Shown here: positions 55,973 through 64,000 of the stretch, in pieces
How the letters are laid out: the number at the start of each line of letters is the position of its first letter
Numbering within the stretch: the first letter of the stretch is position 1
The notes under the pieces: generated by a model
What the model saw: only the letters and a program-made list of their open reading frames with translations
Database searches by the model: none
Told to the model about the DNA's origin: nothing
Made by a program: the position numbers and the translations under genes
Assembly: GCA_964248365.1 (NCBI GenBank)
Contig: CAXTYC010000006.1
Span: 1 to 64,000, forward strand
Reading direction: 5' to 3'
DNA from: an uncultured Chroococcidiopsis sp.
Lineage (GTDB): Bacteria > Cyanobacteriota > Cyanobacteriia > Cyanobacteriales > Chroococcidiopsidaceae
DNA: 64,000 bases

Positions 55973-57100
55973 ATGCATATTATCGCTTTAGAAAATCATC
56001 CGTCTTCTTTACGGGGTGGTCAAGAATTATTCTTATTAGAAACTTGTCGTGGTTTAGCTCGACGTGGACATAGTATCAGCCTACTATATATAAACGAAGG
56101 CAATCTGCTTGAGGAATATCAAAAGTTTTCTACCCATATATTCAAGGTTGATAGTTTCTGTATAGACCGTAGTAATATTTCGCGTATATTCAATTTCTTC
56201 GCTGATATTTGGAATACTCCCACCAGCCCTTCTAGCGTAGTCTTGAGTAATCAATATCATGACACCTTATTTGGTTCTTTATTAGCCTTATTTAAAAATA
56301 TTTCCCATATTTGTTTTCTTCAACTACCTCCACTTGAACATGGCTTTCCCCGTCCGCTTGCAATTGGACTCAAAGGCGTAAAACATTTCATTGCTGTCTC
56401 AAATCAGACTAAATTAGATTGGATTAAAAATGGATTTGAGCCAAAAAAAATTGATGTTGTACACAACGGAACTAACTCTGATATCTTCAAACCCCCGCTT
56501 AGTTTTTCTCTAAATAGGGAAAAATGGAATATTCCTGAAAACACCAAAATTATTTCCTATGTAGGGAGACTAGATAGAGAAAAAGGACTGGAAACGCTAA
56601 TTAAAGCCTTTGCTTTATTCAAAAAAAGCTGTCAAGACAGCAAGCTGTTAGTTGCAGGAAAGCCTTTAACCCAAGGTGAAGAATATAAAAAATCTTTAGA
56701 ACAGCTAGTGATTGATTTAGGAATAGAACAAGATGTAAACTTCTTGGGTCATGTGGCTAATACTACCTCTGTCTATCAAGTTAGTGATGTCGCCGTCTTG
56801 CCCAGTTTATGGTCTGAACCTTTTGGTAGAAGCAATATTGAATCAATGGCTTGTGGAATACCTGTAGTAGCTAGCCGCATAGGAGGCATTACGGAAATTT
56901 TGACAGGAGAATTCCAAAATGGGCTGTTTGAGCCTGGAAATGAATACGATCTAGCAAACACTTTAGATAGAATTGTGTATTGGAGAGATAAAGACCCAAC
57001 CCTGGGTAAGCGATGCCGAGATCATATTTTGTCTAAATTCACTTTAGACACAATGGTTGATGGAATTGAAAAAGTATTACTAAGGGTAGTTAAAACATGA
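55973..57100 (+). CDS. Glycosyltransferase family 4
   Basis: GGQE, VGRL..EKG, EPFGRSNIESMACG. Confidence 0.9.
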   Translation: MHIIALENHPSSLRGGQELFLLETCRGLARRGHSISLLYINEGNLLEEYQKFSTHIFKVDSFCIDRSNISRIFNFFADIWNTPTSPSSVVLSNQYHDTLFGSLLALFKNISHICFLQLPPLEHGFPRPLAIGLKGVKHFIAVSNQTKLDWIKNGFEPKKIDVVHNGTNSDIFKPPLSFSLNREKWNIPENTKIISYVGRLDREKGLETLIKAFALFKKSCQDSKLLVAGKPLTQGEEYKKSLEQLVIDLGIEQDVNFLGHVANTTSVYQVSDVAVLPSLWSEPFGRSNIESMACGIPVVASRIGGITEILTGEFQNGLFEPGNEYDLANTLDRIVYWRDKDPTLGKRCRDHILSKFTLDTMVDGIEKVLLRVVKT

Positions 57101-57308
57101 ATAAAATTTTGTAATCATACACTTAATGTTAATGCAACTGTATTTGAGCGCAAATTCGATATTTTCAACAATCTAATTAAGCAAACAAAGATTAATATTA
57201 AAATATCTATTCCTAGAAATAGTTAGCTCAAATTATGCATAGGAAAGATAAAAACTTAAAAAGAGACAAGTGATACTAATATCATGTTGTGTCCAAGTTC
57301 CCATAACT

Positions 57309-57430
57309 TCAGATCTTGCATCTGCGTTTGTTGCCTGGAGGCTCTTGCTTGCTAACCCTCAAAGGCAAGGCGAAAGCGTATTCACCAAAAAATAGAGAAG
57401 AGCCTCATTAAATACTGGTGCAAGATCTGA
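57309..57430. mobile_element. MITE-like element with 12-bp perfect TIRs
   Basis: TCAGATCTTGCA ... TGCAAGATCTGA; internal gaggctctt / aagagcctc IR. Confidence 0.65.
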
Positions 57431-57608
57431 GTTGAGGCACAATGGTTAATGAAATTGAGATCTTATTAACAGTGATAGAAAAATGAAATCTTACTTTAGT
57501 AAGTTATCCCAAAAAACAGAGCCTAGCGTTATACTGAAGAACTATAATAATCAGCATAATTATGCAGCAAGTACCTCATCTGAAGTTTGTAGGACTGCAA
57601 AGGAGCAA

Positions 57609-58583
57609 ATGCCAACTATTTCTGTTGTTATTCCTGCCTACAACGCTGATCGAACCATTCTAGAAACCATTAAATCAGTTCAGCAGCAAACATTCTCTGA
57701 TTTTGAAATAATTGTTATTGATGATGGTTCGGAGGATCAAACTTTAAAGGTACTTAGTCAAGTTGAAGATCCTCGCCTCAAAATTTATTCCTATAACAAC
57801 AGTGGTCCATCAGTAGCTCGCAATCTTGGTATATCTCATTCTACTGGTGAGTATATTACATTCATCGATGCTGATGATTTATGGACACCAGATAAATTAG
57901 AAGCTCAACTTGCCGCTTTACAAAATCATCCAGAGGCGGGAGTTGCATATAGCTGGACTAATTTTATTGGTGAAACAGGAGAATTTTTACGCGCAGGAGA
58001 ACCCGTATGGTTTGAAGGTAACGTATATACTCATTTACTAAATGGCAACTTCATGAATAGCGGCTCAAATCCTCTGATTCGTAGGAAAGCAATTAAATCT
58101 GTAGGAGAATTTGATCCGACACTTCGCTATTGTGAAGATTGGGAGTTTTGGCTGCGGCTAGCAGCTCGTTGGGCGTTTGTTGTAGTACCTAAACCACAAA
58201 TTTTGTATCGTTTATCTTTAGGAACCTCGTCATCTAAAATTCAAGCAATGGAAGAAGGTCATTTGATTGTGATTGAAAAAGCATTCCAATCAATTCCAAT
58301 CGAATTACAACCCCAAAAAAATCAAATTTTAGCTAATACTTACCAATTCATAGCACATCTGTGTTTGACTCGCATCCCTGACGGTGCAGGAGCAAAGCAA
58401 GCTAGCCAAAAGTTGAAAACAGCGATTTGGCTACATCCAAAAATTTTGTTAGACAAGAGAGTTCACATTTTAGTTGTAAAACTACTAATAATTAGATTGC
58501 TCTCTCCCAAACTTGCTAGTAGACTATTCGAGTATCTTACTAAACTTCGAGCTACTCGCCTTCAAAACAGCATTACTTATTAG
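57609..58583 (+). CDS. Glycosyltransferase family 2
   Basis: SVVIPAYN, IDDGS, IDADD, EDWE; AAGGAG before ATG 57609. Confidence 0.9.
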   Translation: MPTISVVIPAYNADRTILETIKSVQQQTFSDFEIIVIDDGSEDQTLKVLSQVEDPRLKIYSYNNSGPSVARNLGISHSTGEYITFIDADDLWTPDKLEAQLAALQNHPEAGVAYSWTNFIGETGEFLRAGEPVWFEGNVYTHLLNGNFMNSGSNPLIRRKAIKSVGEFDPTLRYCEDWEFWLRLAARWAFVVVPKPQILYRLSLGTSSSKIQAMEEGHLIVIEKAFQSIPIELQPQKNQILANTYQFIAHLCLTRIPDGAGAKQASQKLKTAIWLHPKILLDKRVHILVVKLLIIRLLSPKLASRLFEYLTKLRATRLQNSITY

Positions 58584-59046
58584 TTTAATCTGCCCGATTT
58601 ATGGTAAGCTCTAGTCTTTGATGATTGTGTTAAGACCAGGAGCCAAATGACATAAATATTAATCTAACTAATTGATATTTAGGTATAAAAAATTATTTTC
58701 TATTTGTAAAAAAGTATAAACTGTAACATAAGCTGATACTATACAAGGTAAAATAGTATCTTTGAAAACCAGACTAAGTAGGGTGGGCATTGCCCATCAT
58801 TATCAGAAGGAGTGGGCATGGGTGGCAGACTATAAATTTCATAAATCACATAGGACTGCAATATTAGCCGAAGCAGCATTACCAAAATAATGTGACAATT
58901 TTTTAGATTTCAAACATCTGTGCTTAAATATAGCGACGTACAGACATTTATTAGATAATCAAAAAAATAAATAATAATTATTGTGAGAAAAATTTTAGCA
59001 GCGGAGAATGTAATATTGATGACAGCCAAAAATTTATAGAATTCAA

Positions 59047-60315
59047 ATGCCAACCCTATCAAACCTTATTTTTAAGCTAAACAATAAGCTTTCTAGCCAG
59101 TTCCTTCGTAATCTAGGCTGGTTGGGTATGGCAGAGATAGTTTCTAGAATATTTCGTTTAGGATTAACAACAGTTATTCTGCCTCGGCTTTTAACAAAAT
59201 ATGATTATGGACTAGCAGCAATTGTGCTGACAGTACATGAATTTACACGAATTTTTCTTGAGGTAGGCGTTAGTACAAAAATTATTCAATCTAAGGAAGA
59301 GGACTTAGATGATTTATGTAACTCTGGGTACTGGTTAAATTGGATTGTTTTTAGCAGTTTATTTATTGCTCAATGTATTGTTGCTTTTCCCGTTTCTTGG
59401 TTTTACCACGATAGCCGCCTTGTTCTTCCAATTTGTGTAGTAGCAATGTCTTACTTGACTTTGCCTATTGGTACTATACAATATGCTCTGATTGTTAGAG
59501 AAAATAAATTAAAAGTTTGTGCTATTGTTAACACATTTAAATATATAAGTGCTTATATATTATCTGCAATATTTGCTGTTTTAAAAATGGGAGTATGGGC
59601 ATTCGTACTACCTTGGGTTTTTGTTACTCCTATCGAAATGCTCATATACAAGCGTAGTCATCCCTGGCATCCCCCTACAACATTGACGACGAAATACTGG
59701 AAGAATATTTTAAATTTTGGCAAAAGTATACTTGGTGTACAGCTACTAAAAACTCTAAGAAATAACTTAGATTATTTGATAGTTGGTCGTTTTTTGGGAA
59801 TAGAAGTATTAGGAATATACTTTTTTGGCTTCAATGCAGGATTAGGAGTTAGTCTGAGTATCATTAGTGCTATCAACACAGCTACATTGCCTCATTTATG
59901 TGCTTCACACACAAGCTTGCTTGAATTAAAGAAAAGCTTTTTTAGTGTAATTAAGACGATTAGTATTATTATTATTCCCTTGGTATTTCTTCAGGCTAGT
60001 TTAGCTCAGGTATATGTACCTTTATTACAAGGTAAAAAATGGATAGTCGCCATTCCAATATTAGTATTAATTTGTTTATCAGCTATTCCAAGACCTTTTG
60101 CTGACGCTGCATCTCAGTTATTGGTGACTGTCGGTAAGCCTAACTTAGACTTGCGTTGGAATATATTATTTACTGCTATGTTTACTATTGCAGTATTTAT
60201 TGGTGTTCACTGGCAAGCTGTTGGTGTAGCTACATCTGTTTTACTAGTCCATCTAATTTTCCTACCTTTGTTTACATTGTGGGCTACTCGCTATGTTTTT
60301 CGTATGAAAACCTAA
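59047..60315 (+). CDS. Wzx-type polysaccharide flippase
   Basis: Many TM helices, DYGL, NLDYLIVGRFLG..LGIY. Confidence 0.85.
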   Translation: MPTLSNLIFKLNNKLSSQFLRNLGWLGMAEIVSRIFRLGLTTVILPRLLTKYDYGLAAIVLTVHEFTRIFLEVGVSTKIIQSKEEDLDDLCNSGYWLNWIVFSSLFIAQCIVAFPVSWFYHDSRLVLPICVVAMSYLTLPIGTIQYALIVRENKLKVCAIVNTFKYISAYILSAIFAVLKMGVWAFVLPWVFVTPIEMLIYKRSHPWHPPTTLTTKYWKNILNFGKSILGVQLLKTLRNNLDYLIVGRFLGIEVLGIYFFGFNAGLGVSLSIISAINTATLPHLCASHTSLLELKKSFFSVIKTISIIIIPLVFLQASLAQVYVPLLQGKKWIVAIPILVLICLSAIPRPFADAASQLLVTVGKPNLDLRWNILFTAMFTIAVFIGVHWQAVGVATSVLLVHLIFLPLFTLWATRYVFRMKT

Positions 60316-60337
60316 CTAACCTAAACTATTTCAAATT

Positions 60338-61372
60338 ATGAGAGTTTCTGTAATTATCCCAGTTTACAAAGTTGAAAAATATATTGCTGCTACTGTAAAA
60401 TCAGTGCTTGAACAGACATATAAAAACTTTGAACTTCTAATTATTGATGATGGTTCTCCAGACAAAAGTGTAGAAATTTGTCAGCAATTTACAGATTATA
60501 GAATCCGAATTATTCGTCAGGAAAACCGAGGAGTAGCCGCTGCTCGTAACACAGGTATCCGCCACGCTCAAGGCGAGTATATTGCTCTTTTAGATGCCGA
60601 TGATTTGTGGTTGCCAAATAAGTTAGAAAAACATATTGAGCATCTAGAAAATAACCCTCATATTGGAGTTAGTTTTAGCCGTTCTGCTTTTATTGATGAT
60701 ACGGATAAGCCATTAGGTATCTATCAGATGTCCAAGCTCAAAGACATCACGCCGCTTGATATACTTTGTCGCACTCCTATTGGTAACGGTTCGGTTTCAG
60801 TATTCAGAAAAGAGGTTTTTGAAGCGATCGCATTTGAAGATAACCTCTATGGTACTACCCAAAAATTTTATTTTGACGATGATAGGGAACTTCACCCATC
60901 TGAAGACGTTGAATGCTGGCTACGCATCGCCTTGCAAACTGATTGGCGAATTGAGGGAATTGCTCACGCCTTGACGCTATACCGAGTAAATCCAGGTGGA
61001 TATTCAGCGCAGCTATTCAAAAAATTGAGTTCTTGGGAAAAGATGCTTGAGAAAGCACGTTCCTATACTCCACCAGAACTAATGAATAAGTGGGAAAAAC
61101 CTGCTATGGCTTACCAATTGAGGTACTTAGCCCGAAGAGCAGTAACATTAGAAACAGGGTCAACTGCGGTAGAATTAGCTCATCGCTCTTTGTCTACTTA
61201 CTGGCAAATCTTGTTTGAGGAGCCACGCCGCACACTGCTAACCATTACTGCTGCTTATTTGCTTTGCTTGTTACCAAGATCTCTTTACAACTCGATTCAA
61301 TCGGTTGCTTTAAATATAACAGGAGCAAACCAAAAACGTCGGATTGATGATAATTCTAAACAGCTAGTATAA
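60338..61372 (+). CDS. Glycosyltransferase family 2
   Basis: SVIIPVY, DDGSPD, LDADD, SEDVECW. Confidence 0.9.
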   Translation: MRVSVIIPVYKVEKYIAATVKSVLEQTYKNFELLIIDDGSPDKSVEICQQFTDYRIRIIRQENRGVAAARNTGIRHAQGEYIALLDADDLWLPNKLEKHIEHLENNPHIGVSFSRSAFIDDTDKPLGIYQMSKLKDITPLDILCRTPIGNGSVSVFRKEVFEAIAFEDNLYGTTQKFYFDDDRELHPSEDVECWLRIALQTDWRIEGIAHALTLYRVNPGGYSAQLFKKLSSWEKMLEKARSYTPPELMNKWEKPAMAYQLRYLARRAVTLETGSTAVELAHRSLSTYWQILFEEPRRTLLTITAAYLLCLLPRSLYNSIQSVALNITGANQKRRIDDNSKQLV

Positions 61373-61428
61373 GCAGCAGTAAATCATAAAACAAAGATTC
61401 TATTTTTGATATCAGGTAAAAGCTCAAG

Positions 61429-62460
61429 ATGAAAAAAGTTTCTGTAATTATACCAGTTTATCGAGTAGAAAAATATATAAATGCTGCAATAAAATCAGTT
61501 CTTGAGCAAACCTACAAAAACTTTGAAATTCTAATTGTTGACGACGAATCTCCCGACCAAAGTGTAGAAATTTGTAAACAATTTAAAGATTATAGAATTA
61601 AAATTATTCATCAAAACAATCGAGGATTAGCGGGAGCTAGAAATACAGGTATTCGCCATGCTCAAGGAGAATACCTAGCTTTTTTAGATGGGGACGATAT
61701 GTGGCTACCCGATAAGTTAGAAAAACATATCGAGCATTTAGAAAGCTCTCCCCATGTAGGAGTTAGCTTTAGCCGTTCTGCTTTGATTGATGAAACAGGG
61801 AACTTATTAGGTACATACCTAATGCCTAAACTTCAGGATATCACTCCACCTTGTTTGTTGTGTGATAATCCGGTTGGTAATGGCTCGTCTGCTGTAATTC
61901 GGAAAGAAGTTTTTGAAGCTATTAAATTTCAAGATAATCTTTATGGTAGTGTAGAAGATTTTTATTTTGACGAACACTTTCGACAGGCGGAAGACGTTGA
62001 ATGTTGGCTACGCATTGTTATTCAAACCCATTGGCAGATTGAGGGAATTCCCCACGCTTTAACATTGTACCGCGTGAATTCAGGCGGACTATCAGCCAGC
62101 TTGCTTAAACAGTTAGAAGCCTTACAAAAAGTAATAGAAAAAACTCGTTCCTACGCGCCAGAATTAATTGAGCGCTGGGAAAATCCAGCTAAGGCTTATC
62201 AGCTAAGATATCTAGCTCGCAGTGCGGTGCGCTTACAATCCGGTTCAATGGCTGTGAAACTCATCAACCAAGCTTTAGCAACTCACTGGCGTATTGCTTT
62301 TGAGCAACCGAGACGCACATTGATGACTTTGGCTGCTGCGTATATGCTTTGGCTTTTACCCCAACCTTTTTACTGTCAAATTGAGGGAATTGCTGCAAAA
62401 ATGACAGGCTCTACCCAGAAAAGGCGCATTACTCAAGACTCTTCTAGGTTGTCTGCATAA
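61429..62460 (+). CDS. Glycosyltransferase family 2 (paralog of the preceding gene)
   Basis: SVIIPVY, DDESPD, LDGDD, AEDVECW. Confidence 0.9.
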   Translation: MKKVSVIIPVYRVEKYINAAIKSVLEQTYKNFEILIVDDESPDQSVEICKQFKDYRIKIIHQNNRGLAGARNTGIRHAQGEYLAFLDGDDMWLPDKLEKHIEHLESSPHVGVSFSRSALIDETGNLLGTYLMPKLQDITPPCLLCDNPVGNGSSAVIRKEVFEAIKFQDNLYGSVEDFYFDEHFRQAEDVECWLRIVIQTHWQIEGIPHALTLYRVNSGGLSASLLKQLEALQKVIEKTRSYAPELIERWENPAKAYQLRYLARSAVRLQSGSMAVKLINQALATHWRIAFEQPRRTLMTLAAAYMLWLLPQPFYCQIEGIAAKMTGSTQKRRITQDSSRLSA

Positions 62461-62476
62461 CTAACCAACTTCTCAA

Positions 62477-62589
62477 TATAGCAATCATAGACGATTTATA
62501 AAATTATCTCTCTAATTCTTAACTCTGTGTCCTCTGCGTCTCTGTGGTTAGTTAAAACTCTCTTTCACAAATCAAATAGGCTCGCTATT
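62477..62589. mobile_element. MITE-like element (TATAGCAATC...GGCTCGCTAT)
   Basis: Same end type and ctctgcgtctctgtgg core as 32624-32733. Confidence 0.5.
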
Positions 62590-62617
62590 TTTCTATAACA
62601 CAAATTGTAAAAATGTT

Positions 62618-64000
62618 ATGACATATTTAAAATACTATTCTGGGGTTGCCTTAATTATCCTGCTTGGCGCTATACTCCGTTTTTTTATGTTGGAGGACAA
62701 AAGTCTTTGGCTAGATGAAGGCTATAGTTTATATTATTCAGAGGGTTCAATTCAAGAAATCATTTCCAGGCTTTTAGGAACGGATACAGGCGATCGCTTT
62801 CAACCGCTTTACTATTTACTTCTATATTATTGGCGACACTTGTTTGGTAATACTGAATTTGCTGTGCGATCGCTTTCTGCATTTTTAGGCGTTGGTGCAA
62901 TAATTATTTTATATTTTACAGGCAAACAACTCTATGGAAAAAGACACGCTATCTGGATGGCGCTTTTTCTATCACTTAGCTCCTATGGTATCTATTACAG
63001 CCAGCAAACAAGAGCTTATGCAATGTTGCTATTTTTAGCTGCGCTGCAAATGTATTTTTTTAGCACAGCGTTAAATCCAAGACAAACAAAAGGTGAGCTT
63101 ATTTCACGATGGCTGTTTTGGATTGTTACTGCTCTTAGCCTTTTTTGCAGCGTATTTATAGGTGTATTTACTTTATCTCTCTGCTTGTCTCATATTCTTA
63201 TTTACAAAAATCCAAAACGTTGGTTATATTGGTGGCTTCCTGCTGCACTCTTTTCCATCCCTGCAATCTTATTCTATCTTGCTTCACCTGTGGCAACTGA
63301 ACCTACAAAAGTTAACGTTACTTTATCAAGGCAACCTGTAATTCAAAACTTAGTTTTTGTTCTTTACGGACTTTTAGTAGGGGAAACTTATGGACCACCT
63401 ATAGAACAACTTCGCACTGGTAACAAATTTCAAATTTTATTGACTTACTTGCCACAGTTATTAATTCTAACACTAGCTATTGGAATATTTCTATTCTTCT
63501 TCTTAAGAGGATGGCAGCTAAAAAATAATCAGTATCAAAAATTAGATAACTTTTTTGCCTTACTTTTTATCATATCATTGGTTGTGGCAACACTGTTCGC
63601 TATAGTAACAAAAATGAACTGGCTACCACGCCATTCTTTTTATATTTATATACCACTGTCCTTTCTCATACCCATAGTAGTTAGAAAAACACCTGGGGTG
63701 ACAAGCAAAACTCAAGCAACATTTAATTATGCTCAACTAGCTATTATAGCTATATTAATCATAAACATTTATTCGGCTGGCAATTATTACTTTAATAAAG
63801 ATTATCAAAGAGAAGACTATCGTGTAGTTGCTCAGTATCTCTTAGCCAATAGTTCATCAGTTAAATCTATCCTCTTGTACGGAGCGCCCAACTTATTGCG
63901 TTACTATGGGGATACACAAACTTTAAATGGTTTGAGTTTAGATACAAGCAACTTAGCCTCACAAGTAAGAAGTATAACTAATGATGCTAACAAAGTTTTG
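62618..64000 (+). CDS. GT-C fold membrane glycosyltransferase (GT39/ArnT-like), 3' end beyond the window
   Basis: Not in the ORF track; manual translation MTYLKYYSGVALIILLGAILRFFMLEDKSLWLDEGYS...FQPLYY...RSLSA...YYSQQTRAY. Confidence 0.8.
   Translation, partial: MTYLKYYSGVALIILLGAILRFFMLEDKSLWLDEGYSLYYSEGSIQEIISRLLGTDTGDRFQPLYYLLLYYWRHLFGNTEFAVRSLSAFLGVGAIIILYFTGKQLYGKRHAIWMALFLSLSSYGIYYSQQTRAYAMLLFLAALQMYFFSTALNPRQTKGELISRWLFWIVTALSLFCSVFIGVFTLSLCLSHILIYKNPKRWLYWWLPAALFSIPAILFYLASPVATEPTKVNVTLSRQPVIQNLVFVLYGLLVGETYGPPIEQLRTGNKFQILLTYLPQLLILTLAIGIFLFFFLRGWQLKNNQYQKLDNFFALLFIISLVVATLFAIVTKMNWLPRHSFYIYIPLSFLIPIVVRKTPGVTSKTQATFNYAQLAIIAILIINIYSAGNYYFNKDYQREDYRVVAQYLLANSSSVKSILLYGAPNLLRYYGDTQTLNGLSLDTSNLASQVRSITNDANKVL

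Overview
Chromosomal segment of a cyanobacterium. The HIP1 octamer GCGATCGC is very frequent, heptamer STRR-type tandem repeats fill the spacers, and pilBTC / grpE-dnaK-dnaJ / ftsQZ show cyanobacterial synteny. Most of the window is housekeeping: DUF2997-ycf35-ferredoxin, bioAB, pilB-pilT-pilC, grpE-dnaK-dnaJ-tusA-rsgA, grxC-gshB, ftsQ-ftsZ, aroC, mazG, an ABC-2 exporter, ribBA, argC, eno, gloA and clpB. The stand-out feature is a ~10.5 kb co-directional cluster (25143-35661) encoding what looks like a complete N-methylglutamate (NMG) pathway for methylamine use (mgdABCD, gmaS, mgsABC), a pathway mainly characterised in Proteobacteria. It carries an extra beta-lactamase-fold serine hydrolase between mgdD and gmaS. 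Other accessory features are an IS630 remnant, a doubly frameshifted nucleotidyltransferase, a translationally coupled small-gene pair with a decayed tandem copy inside the ABC operon, several MITE/REP-like elements, and repeats that invade coding sequences. An AT-rich, HIP1-poor Wzx/Wzy polysaccharide cluster runs off the right end. All assignments come from motif recognition by eye; no database searches were run.
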